From Entomortierella parvispora E1425 (Eukaryota > Fungi > Mortierellomycota): a DNA stretch of 64,000 nt. Each line of letters begins with the position of its first letter. Within the stretch, counting starts at the first letter, position 1. Positions 11,129-25,362 of this stretch are shown one piece after another. The stretch is taken from assembly GCA_020891255.1 (NCBI GenBank), contig BQFW01000010.1:1612001-1676000 (forward strand), in the 5' to 3' direction. Position numbers and translations under genes: made by a program. The notes beneath the pieces were generated by a model. The model was not told the origin of the DNA. It made no database searches and saw only the letters and a program-made list of their open reading frames with translations.

Positions 11129-12384
11129 ATGTCAGTGTCAACGTCCCCATCTCCTCCAGCGAGCTTTTCGCCAGTGACTCAAGTTTTGGACCCGAACCAG
11201 CCGCAACCGGTCGAAGAAAGAGTCTCGGAAGAACAGTTCAACAGCCTCCATGCCTCTTCGGTTACCTACCGTGACCTCTTGATCTTTGAAGAGCGACTCA
11301 AACTGAACTTGATTCGACTCAAGAAATCGCAACAAAAATATGAAGGTACAAAAATGCCCAAATGCTTGTTTTCTCTCTGTATCCTACCATGGTGGATCTT
11401 GCCTGATCTAACATCACCCCACCCTTTTTTTTTACTTGGCGAACCTCATTGGCAGCCTTCCTCGGGGTTCTAGTGCTCGTGATTGCATATTGCACTTTTG
11501 CAACATTCTACCGCCAAAGCCCTGTAGGTTCAATTGGGATATATATATTTTTTTTACTACTTTCCTTGGAGATGAGGGATAGTTTTCTAATCGTTGGATG
11601 AAACCCCGTTTCATAGAATTATTATATCCACATGCTCCACAAGTTTTTCTTGCTCCTCTCCTGCACCACCCTTTTCCTCTTTGTGGCCACTGGCATCTAT
11701 TCCCAAAAACTAGGCTATTCCTCAAAGTAAGTGGTCCCCTGTACACCTGACACAACAAAAAGATCCCATTACGTGGCTCAGTTGCTCCCGATCGCTGATC
11801 TTGTAAACACCAAACAACAACAAACTAGATTTGTCCCACAGTGTAACCGAGTCTTGCGAATCTTCAACATGCATTTTAATCGCGACAACCAACCTGAGCT
11901 TTCCTTCTTTCGCAAGGTCCCAAGGAGGTTCCAAGAGGGGTTTACAGCCTATAAAGCAAGTTATTTCAGACGCCGATCCGAGAAGCGTGCAGCCGCGGCA
12001 GCGGCGGCCGCAGCTGCATCGTCATCGACCTCATTTGCACGGAGAGCATTTGGTAGAAAGAGCACTGCAAGTGCCGCTCCTGCGGCCGCAGGAGCTGCGG
12101 GAATGAACCGATCTGGGAGTGGCGGACAGGGCGGGCGGTTACAGCCTGGAAGGAGAAGGGTTGCAGGCAGTGGATCGGCGTCTGGATCCGATACAGGTGG
12201 TCGACCTATTTCCTCGTCTTCATCGTTGGGCGTTAATTTTGTAGCACGAGGAGAGGGCAGGCCCTTGATGCGGCCCGGTGGATCCATGACTCAAGCTTCA
12301 TCTATGGGAAGCAGGAACAGCAGCAGCGGCAGCAACAATAGCCGACCAAATTCCATGTCCTCGGCGCCAATCACTCACTCGTAG
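11129..12384 (+). CDS. SPO7: Spo7-like regulatory subunit of the Nem1-Spo7 phosphatase
   Basis: YRDLLIFEERLKLNL motif, TM segments and a CNRVLRIFNMHFN region; two or more introns. Confidence 0.75.
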
Positions 12385-13139
12385 ATTTAATAAAGGAATG
12401 AGCCCCGTGAACTCGTGGACTATCGATCGCATAAGGTGATTCCGACCTAGGGATGGATACTTTCCCTGGATGGGCAGAGAAAGGAAATCGATCGACTCAC
12501 CTTCCAACGGGATCTTTGACGCAGGTTTGAAAAAAAGAGGCAATTACGTTGCCCGCACTAATGGATATGCTTGGATGATCAAGGTCCCGTGGAGGGCTCA
12601 TCATGGGTTACCCTACTGCGGACTATTTGCGCTAAAGGCCTGCACCCCATCGATTGCCGTCCATGTGAACCATGGGACGAAAATAGGATTTTTTTCTGTC
12701 CCGGCATCGTGTCCGCAAACGATTCGTCCAATGTAACTTTGGAAAACGTATCAACAAAAGAAACAAAAGAAAGACGAGCGAGATGAGGGGAGGAAAAAAG
12801 ACAGAGTTAGAGAGAGAGGAGAGCCTAGAACCTTCAATTGGAGGGGTTGGAGTACACGAAAGTCGAGACGATCGGCAATGCTTGTCAAAATCAGGTTTGA
12901 CGTGCTGCGGAGTATTCATTTTTGACAAGCTTGCGTGTACCCTACCAGTGACGAAAATACCTCATCATCTGGTATAAATGACATTTTAATTCAAATTCAC
13001 CATCTTCATCTTCACTCTTTGTCGCTTTCTCACCAGAAACACACCTGCCCACCAACAACGCCAAACACACTACTACGTATACCAGCTCGTCATAACCCCA
13101 AGCCACCAAAACCAACCCCAAAGAAACAAAACACATACA

Positions 13140-14162
13140 ATGTCGAATCTTCAGGAACTCAACAATGCTCATTTCAACCAGACCGCTCAGGACTATGATA
13201 ACAAACCTCAAATCAAGGTCTTCACCCAAAAGTCGACCGAAGCTATCCTCAATGGTTTCAAGGAGGCTACGAGCGAGGAAAGACTCAAGAATGCATCCGT
13301 CCTTGACTTTGGATGCGGCACTGGTAAAGAAACAAGTTTCCGTGGGAACTTTTTATCATTTCAGGCGCTGTTTCCATTGCGAAGAGCCTCTCCCAATCTA
13401 ACTCTATCCCCCTCTCTCCTCTTCTCTCCGTGTGTTTGTCTTTCTATAGGATTGTGCGCCTTGTTTACTGCCCCTCAAGTCAAGCACGTCTTGGGCGTCG
13501 ACGCCTCCGAGGGCATGTTGGACTACCTGAACCACAAGCTCACGACCCAAGCTGAATACGCGGACCTTCACGCCCAGGCCAAAGTCCACACTGTCTGCCA
13601 TCTTGTCACCGATGAGTCGCCCTTGCCCGAGCCCGAGTTGACCCGCTATGTGACCGGAGCCGAGTCCGAGGGAGGTTTCGATCTGGTGTATTCCAACTTT
13701 GTGATGCATCACATTGAGGATGTGCAGGGTCTCATCAACACTCTTAGCCAAAAGCTGGTCAAAAAGGACGGATGGTTGATTATCAGTGATTTCGAAGGCA
13801 TTTTTGGACATGGCCATGATGGACACGGACATGGACACGGACATCACCACCATGCCGAAGGCGAGAAGAAGCACGACCATGGCGAACATCATCACCACCA
13901 TCATCACAACGAAAACAAGACGGAGGAAGAGAACAAGGGAGAGCGTCTTACGTCCGACGATTTTAAGGACGAGAACGGCAAGGACCTCGTCTATGTCGCT
14001 CACAAGAGTGGCTTTACACTCGAGGGCTTTGAGGAGATCATGCGCAAGGCCGGTCTGGTGGACGTCAAGGCTGTCCATAGCTTTGGAATGGACCGCGAGA
14101 TGCACGGAAAGAATATCTGGACCGACGTGTTTGTTGCTCAAGGTCGTCGTCCTTCTGCCTAA
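13140..14162 (+). CDS. Class I SAM-dependent methyltransferase with His-rich insertion
   Basis: Motif I VLDFGCGTG (intron 13324-13449), GVDASEGML, FDLVYSNFVMHHI, LIISDF. Confidence 0.85.
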   Translation: MSNLQELNNAHFNQTAQDYDNKPQIKVFTQKSTEAILNGFKEATSEERLKNASVLDFGCGTGKETSFRGNFLSFQALFPLRRASPNLTLSPSLLFSPCVCLSIGLCALFTAPQVKHVLGVDASEGMLDYLNHKLTTQAEYADLHAQAKVHTVCHLVTDESPLPEPELTRYVTGAESEGGFDLVYSNFVMHHIEDVQGLINTLSQKLVKKDGWLIISDFEGIFGHGHDGHGHGHGHHHHAEGEKKHDHGEHHHHHHHNENKTEEENKGERLTSDDFKDENGKDLVYVAHKSGFTLEGFEEIMRKAGLVDVKAVHSFGMDREMHGKNIWTDVFVAQGRRPSA

Positions 14163-14564
14163 ACGAGATTCTCCTTGTTTCTTCCCATTTCTGTGTTGAT
14201 GCAGCCTGAATCTCACTCGATGTTTGTAATAAATAATAATTCATGTCAGTGGACGACTGTATTTTTGCTGTTTATTTGGTTTGAGGAATGAAAAGATGCT
14301 TACATACTGTCTTTTTGTGTGGGGGGTACATGTACATGTTGTATTACAAGGAGGTGGGATAGAAAACAAAGATGAAAAGAAAAAAAATGAAGAAAAGACA
14401 GAGGAGTGGCAAATGAAGAAAAAAAAGAGCACAAACGACATAACGAAAAAAGGAAAGCAAAAGGAGTCATAACAATGGGTTTGAGAAAACGTGAAGGGGT
14501 GAGTGGTTTTGAAGGAGAAGGAGAGGGGAGGATGACAATGAAAGCGTGGATGCCTTTTTTTTTG

Positions 14565-16891
14565 TTACTGTTGCTTCCTGAACTGAGGGGAAGCATAGGG
14601 ATCGGACTCGCGCTGAGGCTGGTATCCACGGTACTGGTAGTGGTGAGGGTCCTCCATGGAGGCAGGTGCCTGGGAAGGGAGGCGATCTCCGTGTGCTTGG
14701 TGATGTTGTTGCTGACCCTGTTGTTTCCGGGTCACCTCCATGTCTAAATCCATGTCCATTCCCAAGCCCAGCTCCACAGTCACGGCTCCCTTTTCCATGG
14801 TGCGCACAGTTGCAATGGTGGGTGTAGAGGCCAAGGAACCACGCTGATTAGGGGGTGATACTACAGCCATATCCTCGTCCGCGTCGGGCAAGTTATCATC
14901 ATCAGGGGCCAGGGTGGGTGGGGTCGAAGAGTTGGAGGAACTGGTTGACTTTGTTGCCGTTGGTGAAGACGAAGATGAGGACGAGGCCGACGTTGTCTTT
15001 GCAGAGGCGGTGGTGGTGATCGTGGTCGCTGCTGCAGTCGCGGTCAAGGAAGTCGACGCCGCTGCGGCAGATGCCAGGCTTGGCATCTGAACCGTCGATC
15101 CTCCTTGCTTTGAAGCGCTGTTGCGGAGGGCTGTCAACATTTGAATATCATTGTTCTGAGCCTCTGTCATGGTCATGGATCCAAAAGTTGCCCGGCCCCC
15201 CGCCATGGTGCGATCATTCTGAGGGGGAGGAGAAGTCGAGAGGGATTTGGTTGAAGTAGGGGGGGACGACGACGACGACGACGATGAGCCAATGCTTTGA
15301 GCAGCAGCTCCACGCTGCTTGCTGACCATACTCACAATCGCATCCTGGTCGCTCTCGCGGGTGCTGTCGAGGCCCAAGAGGATGGCTGCTGCCTCCATCA
15401 TCCTCACTTGCTGGTGTTTTGACAACAAGAACTTTGTGGCGCTCTAGAAGGTTGCACAATAAAGAATGTTAATAACCCATCGACATGGTCCAGTGACACG
15501 GAAGAAGGATAGTATTTCAACATTCTGTTGAGTTTTCATACCTTCCAGTAAGTCGAGTGCTCCCAGCGATGCTTCCACAGACAGTTGGGGTGCTTGTAGA
15601 CCTTGCCGCAGTCCATGCACTTGTGGACGTCTGAGGGATCATGTTCTCCCTGGGCGTTCTTCTTCGACGCGCCATCTTGTGCGAGTCCGGCAGTGCTTCC
15701 TGATCTTTGAATGCGCGAGTCCTGCTTGATCTCACCATCATCCTCATCCTCCTCATCATCATCCACCGCAACCGCTCTAGACGAGTTGTTGTTGCTTCTG
15801 GGGGCCTCAGGGTGGCCAGGGTAGCCGTGGACGGATCTTTCGCGGGGGTTCACCTGTTGGTAATGAGGCGCAGAGCGACCGTACCCGTTCTCCATCGGTG
15901 GGTAGCGGTGGTTAGGGTGACCATAGGATGGGTGGTCATACATTGGTGGTGGTGGACCATTGGGGTGTTGGTGCGAAGGTCCTTGCTGGTGATGGGAGGG
16001 GTGAGGAGGGCCACGCGAGTGTAAAGAGTGGTTCTGAGGAGGCATTTGGTACGGGTGAGGGTGATGCGAGGCATGACCTCGGATCGGCCCACCATGGGTT
16101 TGACCCGGGGGAATCGAGGGAGGCGTTGAGAAGGTAGAGTGGGACGCAGGAGCAGGGCCAGGCCTAGAGGATCTTGAAACAGAGGACTGGGCATTCTCTT
16201 GGTACTGAGATTGAGGACGAGAGGAAGGTTGCTGGGGATGATGTTGGCCTCCGTGATGAAGAGGGTGGTGGTGCTGTGGTTGCTGCAGAGGATGGTAGTC
16301 AACAGAGTCGGACGGGCCACCATAGTGGTTGTGGTGGCCGTCAGGACCAAATGTTTGACTGTGGCTGCGACTGTGCGACCTCCGACCCTCATGCCCAGGT
16401 TCGAGACGCGACGATTGTTGCGAAGAGCCGGCACGTGCGTGCGTCTGTGCTGGACCATGCATTGGCGCTTGGACGCGTGTCTGCGCGTGTAGATGCTCGT
16501 GATCATTACGGGGGAACTGGGCAGGGCTGTGTGGCGCTGAGGGGTGTCGGGGATGCTGGGTCTCGGCCTTTTGAGTGTGCGATGGCCCATGGGTCGAGCC
16601 CTGTTGCTGAGGGTGTCTCTGCTTCATCATCATGGAGGGTTCGGCTGACGAAGAAGTGGAAGAGTAACTGCGAGAGTGCTGTTGGCGATTCGACTGAGGA
16701 GCAGAGATGGTAGCTGGGTGATGTGGCGGGGAGAATGGGTGCTTGGGAGGATGGTTATGGTGGTAAGGATAGTTCGTTTGAGGATGAAGAGATGAAGGGG
16801 GGGCAGAAGTGGGAGGACGAGAGGCGGAAGAAGAAGAAGGGCCTGAGGCAGGTGCCGCAGAGGAAGAAGAAGAAGAGGGAGGAGCGACCAT
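14565..16891 (-). CDS. C2H2 zinc-finger transcription factor with His/Pro/Ser low-complexity regions
   Basis: HKCMDCGKVYKHPNCLWKHRWEH finger, followed after an intron by LSKHQQVRMMEAAAILL. Confidence 0.8.
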
Positions 16892-19022
16892 GGTGATGTG
16901 TGTCGATCCGTTTGTGAAAGGAAAATTGAAAATTGAACCGCCAAGGGCGAAAGAAATTAAAAAAGATCGGATGGAAGCACAAAGAAACTGACTGTCCGTT
17001 CGCGGCTCAACCAACCCTGAAATATTTTGGAGGAATAAAAAAAAAACGAGAGCACTCTGAGATGTTGGTCGTTATTTTTCGTGGGTACTAAAAGGTAGAT
17101 CAGTTGTGAAGGAGAGAAGGGGAGGGGAAGCATTGGTTAGTGTGATGGTGTAATCAGTCCAATCTTTTTTTTTTTTTGTCCCTGAGATCTGTCAGCAGGT
17201 TTTAAGGTCTGCACAGAGAGATTCGTAGAAACCGTCGGGATATTCCCCTCCAATTGCGGCCCTGAAGCCTGTGAGAAGCAGTCCATTCTAGTGGAAGTAG
17301 ACTGTCGGGGTATCGTCTCTGATGAAGAAGGGGTGGCGAGGTGCGGCACCCGTGTTGTTTGTCTCTTGAGACGATTGAGTTTGAAAAAAAAAAAAAAAAT
17401 TGGGAAAAAAAAATGCTCAAGCACAAAGCCTGCAGACCCATGCTCTCTCCTGTTCAAGATCGAGCTGGACACAACAATGGTCGGTACACACTCGGGCGAT
17501 GCAGAAGGCGAAAGAGCGAATCCGATGCCTCAATTGCATCCGGATCTAAAGGATCCTGTCCACATCTGTGACCCACCACCCACCCAAAAAAATTTACAAT
17601 AGACAAAGCTCAAAGTCGATCAATTGAGGATGGGTGTGTTTGGTCCGAGACGAAAACGAAACAAGCAAGAGACTCTGCCTTTACAGCATGCAAAATGAGC
17701 AAGGAGGAAGGGCGTTGGGGGATGTTCGTGTGCTACAGTGAACTCGATACTTCCAGGAAAATACACATCCGAGCAAGCCAAATTAAAAATGTCAACAAAT
17801 AGATTTTTTCCTGAGGGGTAAAAAAAAAAAAAAAAAAAAAAGAGACAGAGACAGAGACACAAGACTTTGTTTTTCTTTTAGCCCCTGGACGGAAGGACGG
17901 ACGGTCTGCATTGAACACAAGGTCCTTGCCCCACCCACCAACAACCCTTGGAAAAAAGTTTTTTTTTTTTTTGGAGCATGGAGTCACTGATTCAAATCGA
18001 CACCATCGACACCCCTCCTGTCATGGTGGCTTCTTCAAGAGCGATCCTGTCCGATTCAGAGCGGAGAGTTCCAGAGTGTGAGCCGAATAGGGCGGTGAAG
18101 GAAGTTTGGTCGGGTGGGTTTGATAGGACCATATACCTTTCTTTCTTCCTGTGTTTTGTTGCGAGTGGAGAGGGAAGAGAGGAAGAAAAATTGAGCGGAG
18201 AGGGGTGGCAGAAAAGAAGGGAGGGTAGGGGAAAGTGAATGGAGGAGAATGAGCGAAGTGGAGAACAGAAAGATCACTGTTCAGACGACGAACAGAGAAC
18301 GAAGGGACAGAAGGTGGAGGAGTGAAAGTGGTAGGAAAAGAAGAGAGAAAAAACAGATAGTGAAAAGGGTAGGGTCCTAGACTAGCTTTCAACAATGAAC
18401 CCAAGGAAATAGAAACACGCAGAACAAGGGCAAAGAGATGGTGCAGGGCCTGAAGGAAGTCCGTCCGCAGAGAGAAGAAAAAGAGAAAGGAAAAAAAAAA
18501 CATTTTTACATTTTTTTTTTTTTTTTTTTGAATAAGGTTTTTTTCCCTTTCGTTCTCCCTCTATCGCTCTTTTTCCTTTCATTCAGGGCTGGAAGGAAAG
18601 AAAAAGAGAGAAACCACATTGAATGACTTTCAGACTCCTCTTTTCATTCAATGCGTCCTTGTCCTTCCTTGGGGCTGGATGACCCTCTGGACGGTCGTGA
18701 CGATCTCTGTCCTCTTCGGACCCATGGTAGGCTTATCCTTCTCCCGTCCTTTTCTTCCTTGACTATCTTCTTGACACCGCGAGCCATTGCATGACCTTGT
18801 CGATGCCATCGAGCCTGATTGAGAGTCGTGTCTTTCAACTTGGACAACGGTCATCGTGTCGGGTCAGGAGACGAAAAAAAAAGTGACTGCGATCTGAGAC
18901 AGTCCATCAGAACGGTCTTTTTTTTCTCTTTTCTTCTTCGCATCTTCACCATCCCTCTTTCCTACCCTCTCCACTTAAACCGCACCATACACTGCATTGT
19001 TACCCATCAGGTTACTCACGAT

Positions 19023-20894
19023 ATGTCCCTCCCAGACTCACTGAACCACCATCGCGAAGGTCTCACGACCTCGCACCACGACTGGACCATGCTTCAGGCA
19101 AAAAAACTTGTCGAGGGTCAAAAGCCCGTTCAGATGTAACCTCGCGTCCCCCCCTTTTCTTTCCTTCAGTCTCTCTCTCTGTCTCATATGAATATCCAGG
19201 GTGCTTTGTTTACATTGCCGCGTGTTGACTTGACTCACCCAATATCCCTCTTTGTCGACCGTAACGTAGTGATGCCAACACTTCGATTGAGAATGCATGC
19301 GAGGTGCGTGTCCTGGCAACCCGTGGAAGAAAAAAATGTTTTATTCTCGGAAAGGGAACAGTGACATCGCAATGACCGCCGCCAGTTTGTCTCACGGCTG
19401 TACCAAAAATGTCAACCTTGTAAAATAGATCCTCCACATGAGTGGCATCAGCTGCGCTCCTGTGTACGACGCCTCCAGGAAACAATACGTGGGAATGTTT
19501 GATTATGGCGATCTGATGACCTATGTGCTACTAGCGCTCAAGAAGATGGACGTGCCTCTGGAAGATCAGTCAATGGAGATGCGGGATCTGATCCACAAGT
19601 CCAGACAGCATCAACAGGTTCCCGTCAAACTCGCGTCAGGTAAAGTGGAAAAAAAAATGAGGAAGGAAGATCGAGGCCCGTTCTCTCGCTCTCTTTTTTT
19701 CTTGAGGTCGCACAAGCTCCCGAGAAATTAAGTCTAAACAACAAAATCGATCCGATTTTCTAGATCTCTCGGGCAAGGACCCCTTCTGTGCAGTCTTGGC
19801 AGAGACCCGGCTGGGCGCGATCGTGAATGACTTTGGATCAGGGATTCATCGCGGTACAACCCTGCGTGGTTCTTGTTTTTTTTTCTTGTGACATGGGAGT
19901 CTTTGATCTGTTGCTGACCTCTTGGGCTCCTTCAAAATTCTTATGAAATAGTGGCTGTCATGAACTCGAATGGGGAGTTGGCTGGTGTTCTTTCGCAGTC
20001 TTCAGTATTGGATTTCCTCATGCGACACGTATGGATTTTCCCAGACATATTTCAAAACTGACCATTTCTCGGATGACCATTCTCGGAGAAGAAAAATGAC
20101 ACGACATACCAACAACTGATAATCTTTCCACAACTTTCCTTTAGTTGAGCGAGTTTTCTCACTTGCAGCCCGTCATGCAAAAGACGGTACTGTCACGAGC
20201 AAGGAAAAGAATCGTTGAATGATGGCGGTGAGACGGTAAAGAGTCCAACTAACAGCGTCATTGCGTTGCTACTTGTATAGCTGCCCGAGTTGGGCCTAGT
20301 CAACAGCAATGTCCTCTCTGTCAATGGCGATGCGCAAGTCTTGGAAGCCTTAATGGCAATGAGTAGGTGCCCACGGCAATCCTCATGAGTTGGCTTGCGT
20401 TTGCTCTCATCTGACGAGATTTTTCCCCCTGCTTTCTCTGACATAGGTTCCAATAATGTTACATCCGTCGCAGTTTTGGATGATCAAGGTGTACTCATAG
20501 GCAACATTAGCATGGCGGATATCCAAGTAAGACCATGAATGTCAACATCAAAATGACAGCCTTCTCGAAATTGGCTTACCTTTACTTTAACACGCACCTC
20601 TCTGTCTTGCTCCATTTCATCAAGTATATCATGAAGGACCTTAAGGCGTCATGGCTGTGGCTGTCTTGCTTTCAATTCGTATCCAAGGTTCGCCAGTCTC
20701 GCGGAGTAGAGACAGGCGAAGACCAATATCCAATTCTGGACGTCAATGCCACGGCTACCTTTGGGTATGCCCTTGCAAAACTCCAGGCCACCAAAGTGCA
20801 CCGATTGTGGGTCGTGAACGATAATGGTTTAGTGGCGGGCGTAGTCAGTCTCACAGATGTATTCAAGATTCTCAGCGCGCACACTGACAGTTAG
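19023..20894 (+). CDS. CBS-domain protein, Sds23/AMPK-gamma-like
   Basis: GISCAPVYD..YVGMFDYGDL, GIHR-VAV, VTSVAVLDDQGVLIGNISMADI and VHRLWVVNDNGLVAGVVSLTDVF over multiple short exons. The start codon is inferred. Confidence 0.75.
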
Positions 20895-22104
20895 ACTGGA
20901 TGGGGAAGGTATGACAACAACAGCGCCATTCACAACAGCAGGACAAGGAGAGCGCCTATGGCGCTTTTCGGGCTGTCGATGTCATTTGTCCACATTCCAA
21001 GTCGGAAGCACTCGTGCCGAAAATAAAAACAACGTTTTTCAAAGATTCAATGGCAGTGCCTTGTGACATAATCGCAACGACCAAAACTCCAAAAGCTGGG
21101 TAACCTGGCCCAGCGTCATTCCGTGGCGGACATGGCCCAACCGGAACCGAGAGAAAGGAAGCAGGCACAGACAACGACGACAGAGACCGCGTGTTGGATG
21201 GATGCAAACAGGATTGACCAAAAGAAAAAAAAGATAAACACTTCATCTCGTTCTCAGGGACGAGGCTGTCTGTGTCCACTTGTCGACTGTCCACGCGCAG
21301 CTGCCGCATGTTCCCAAAGGGTGGGTCAGCACAGGGCACAGGCAAATCCCTCTTCTGTCTGTCGAGGTGCACTGTTGATGATTGCTTTCCTCACCTCTTG
21401 ACCCCCCGTCTCTTCTCTTACACTCTCCCTCCCTCTGTTTCTGTTTTCTCTTTCTTTGCTCTCCACTTTTCTCCTCGTCCTTCCTCCCTTCCTCGCAGTT
21501 CTGCTTCCTCCCTTCCTCGCAGTTCTGCTTCACTATCATCTCTGGTATTTTGTCTAGCTTCCTGAGCTCGCTCTCCTGCTCACCAGCTTGTTGTCCCACT
21601 CACAAGCACAGCTTACGACCTTGGCACGCACGTCCTCCATATCCAAATCCTTCCCCTCTCTGCCAAGACCTTTCTTTCTCCCTTTCGCCCTCTGTCTCTG
21701 TTCTCGACAACGGTGCATTGCGCATTGCCCTTCTCATTGCACCAGGAGAGACTCGACCCATTCAGGAACAGGCAGCCCTCCTTGGGTTCTTTGAATTTCC
21801 GACGCTCGCCCCTTTTTTTCGTGTAGAAATCACCTGGCTGCCCATCCCCCTGGCTGCAGTTATAATCCCCTGTGAGGATCGTAAGCGCGCTCGGTCATTT
21901 TTTTATCCTCCTTTCCTTCCCTCTCTCCCTCTTCCCTTCGTTCTTCTCTCTCTCTCTCTCTCTGTCTCTTTCCCTCTCTCGACCAGCCTTTCACGACCCC
22001 GTCACTGTCCACGAACCCCACCAGTCCAACGGCCCGATTCTTGTCAGAATCATACAGCTTCTGCAGCAAACAACAGCAACCACCAAAACAGCACCCATCC
22101 ACAA

Positions 22105-24186
22105 ATGGCTCGGTTGGCCTTGGCAGCCCTTGTGGCTTTTGCCTGCTTGGCCACGACAGTCTCTGCAGCCATCACTTGCGCTTTGCCCGCAGGAGGCACC
22201 TATAGTGCAGGGCAGCCCATGATTCTCGACTGGGGATCGGACGGGACCACACCCACGGTGACAGAGCTGATCACCATCAACGCCACTCTGTATTGTAACA
22301 GTGGAGCCAAGATAGCCGCTGTCCAGATCCCAAACCTTTCAGGACCTTACAACTGGACTGTGCCCTCGGTCGGAAATGCCACGACGGTGGGAGGGACCAC
22401 GGGCATCTGTGTCAGCAATACTTTCTACATCGAATACCAGGGGCTCGCCTACGGGTTCTTGAACATTCAACAACTACCCTGGGGTCCCACCCGCTGCGGC
22501 ACTGTCACGATCTTGCCTGCCCCAAACGGCACCTTGACCACTACTACGACCACCATGTCTGCGACCGTCACCACGACAGCCTCCCCCTCCCCCACAGCTT
22601 CTTCCTCGGACAGCTCCGGCGGACTGTCCACGACGGTGATTGTTATCATTGCAGTGGTACGTTGCTTACCAGTCGGGGTGCTGGAATGCCCTTTTTTCCT
22701 CTTTTTTTTTTTTATTGTACCCCATGGTCTTTTCGCCTTCCCGCCCCCACCTCCTCCTTCCACCTCTTCCATATCCCATCTGCACTAGTGTGGTACCACC
22801 AATATTCTGTTTTTTATATTTGTTTTGACCGATCGATTGTAGACTGGTAATTTAATTGATCTGTGGCCTGGTTCCTGCATAATGCACGCACCCCCCCTCC
22901 ATTGGATTGGACCCGGGCTACAAAGGCGAAGGGGGAGAAAAGAAAAGAGGGATGGAAAAAAAGGATAATAGAAGGGTGGCGACGAATTGTTTGCCCCTTT
23001 GACTTCCATGTGCTCTTTACTCATCTTGATTCTTTCCAACTTTTTTTAGGTGGCTGCAGTCCTGGCAACGTTGGCAGTGGTGGCGTTGGTGGTCTGCATC
23101 CGAAGACAGAGGCGAAGACGCAGAAACGATGCCTTGATGCCTTGGAATTCTGGACTGGTCACAACCAGCAACAACAACGGCAACAACAATAACACGAGCA
23201 GGAACAGATTCTCCAAAGTCTCGTCCATTGATGACACCGTTGGTATCTCTGGTGGCGGTGGCGCGGGATCGTCTGGCGCTCCGGCCATGGCAGGTGTGGG
23301 ACTAGGGTTGGGAGCCGCTGCCGCCGTGATGAAGTCGCAACAGCCGACCTTGCCTCCAGACCAGTATTTCCCCGAGGATGAAGGCAGTAGCTACGCTTAC
23401 CAGCAACAACAACAGCTTTTGCAACAGCAGCAACAGCAACCATCACCGGACGAGGATGACAGCCACAATGATGACGGTTCTTATTACAACCCTTACTACG
23501 CCGGTGGTAACGCCTCCATGAGTCAAAGCAATCCATCCTTCTACAGTGCTCTGACCCCTGGCAGTCGATATGTTCAGACGCCGTTTGGTCAGGACCAGTA
23601 CCGCAATGCCGCTCCCGCCGATATCTATCAACAGCACCTCTTCCAACAAAAGCAACAGCAGCAGCAGCAACTCGGTTATTTCCCGCCACCGCCCGCCACC
23701 TCCTCCTCGAGCGCGTTTGCGCGATCTCCAGCAGCACCCGGGCCAGGATCGAGCTCCAATGTCACCATCATACCCACCACCGCTCCAGGACCAACGCCTC
23801 TGTCCAGCTCTGTCATCATCTCTGTGCCCACGACCATTTCCTCTTCCGCCTCGTCGTCCCCGAGACGAGCACCTCAACACAATGTGATGCAGGAAATGGG
23901 CAGCAAGGAGGCTGAGTCCAATGTTGCAGCTTCGCAAGCAACCCAGGAGGCTGGGTCGTCAAAGAGAGGGTCGTCAAAGAGAGCGGTCAAAGTGGAAGTA
24001 GTAGGAAGGGAAGCAAAGACGGGAACAAAGAGAGAGGTCAATGGAAGGGGCGAAGAGAATGTTAAAGGAGGAAGGACGGAAAGAGACGAGACAAAACAAG
24101 AAGAGGACGAGGACATTCCTTTGAAGACCATTTCCACAAGTAGTAGAGCCAGCAACAGCAGTACACTCCCTCTAAGTCCCAAATAG
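22105..24186 (+). CDS. Single-pass cell-surface protein (paralog A): signal peptide, Cys-containing ectodomain, Thr/Ser stalk, TM, Gln/Pro-rich tail
   Basis: MARLALAALVAFACLATTVSA signal peptide; TM split by an intron at ~22658-23050; RRQRRRRR stop-transfer sequence. Confidence 0.75.
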
Positions 24187-24313
24187 TTTGCATGCAAAAA
24201 AGCCCTCGGCGAACAATAATAATAATCACAAAGTGCGAGGAACCATCCCAATGAATTCATACGAACAGGGAACAAAAAGGGGTTTCTTGAAATGACAAAA
24301 AAAAAACATAAAT

Positions 24314-25327
24314 CTACTTTCGGGCCCACAGCTTGCGCCGCCGACGACCTTCCTGCTCCGGTGGCGGCGTCGCAGTTGTAGCAACTTCCAGCAAAGGACT
24401 GCTCTTCTTGGAGGAGACAGCCCCCTTTCCATTCGATGTAGGGGTCGTTGGGGTCGATTTTTTGGCAGGGGTCGCAACAGGCGCAGGCATGGGTGCTTCA
24501 TCCACATCTGAATCCTGGAAACGTCTCTCAGCCTCAATCTCCCACTCTTCCAATTCCTCCTCTTCTGTCTCCTCCGCCGCGGCGCCATTCACAGGTGCAA
24601 GCATCTCAGTACCAGAAACTTCCTTGGAGCCGTTGGTTTGGGGCGAAGAAGGAAGAACCACTGCCGAGGAGCCCTCATCATCTCCATGCCGGCTTCCTAT
24701 CGTTTCTGCAATGATCCTGCTATTTTCATCTTCAAGCTCCTTTCCTTGTTGACTCTCCCAACCGAGTCCGACCTGGACTTGATCCTCTATTGGTACATCG
24801 GGCAAGAAATCCTCCAGCATCCGGATGTTCACAGGCCTGGATTCAACTTTTTGAGCCAACTCGATCAACTCTGAAGGAGTCTTCGTTGCCAACTAAAACG
24901 CAATAAGAGAAAGAGAGAAAAAAAGCATGTATGAGATATTGGTACCCTGTTTTTTTCGGAGATATTTTCTCATAACCTTGAAGCGGGTCCGTGCTTCTGT
25001 CCTGATTTGCACCGTTTGGTAGATCCAAGATAACCATTTACTGCCTCTTTCCAGTGTTCTTACCTCCTCGCCCTTGCCGTTCAAAATCACGCTGGTGACA
25101 AATCTTTCAGGCCTCAAATTCTCATCCTGCATCGCCAAATTGTAAATGTCCACAAAAAGACACAGGAACGGGTTCTGATGAATCGGAAGATAGCTGTACA
25201 AATAGTGTAACAAGTACAACGACATGACTCGAACCTCCATGGTTTGAAACTAGACAGAAAAAAAGGGATGGGTACATCGGCGTTTAGTTACCCTGTTTCC
25301 GCTTATGTTGTCCACAGCATGGCTACG

Positions 25328-25362
<35 letters not shown>

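Noticed and set aside
13404-14216. 270-aa minus-strand ORF
   Set aside because: Antisense to the methyltransferase exon.
16561-16573. TCTCGGCCTTTTG, resembling the U2 snRNA 5' end
   Set aside because: Only about 13 nt, antisense within the C2H2 gene CDS, and the GTGTAGTA branch-pairing region does not follow.
21382-22104. 240-aa N-terminal extension of the 468-aa ORF
   Set aside because: Read-through of a CT-rich promoter/UTR; the signal peptide begins at ATG 22105.
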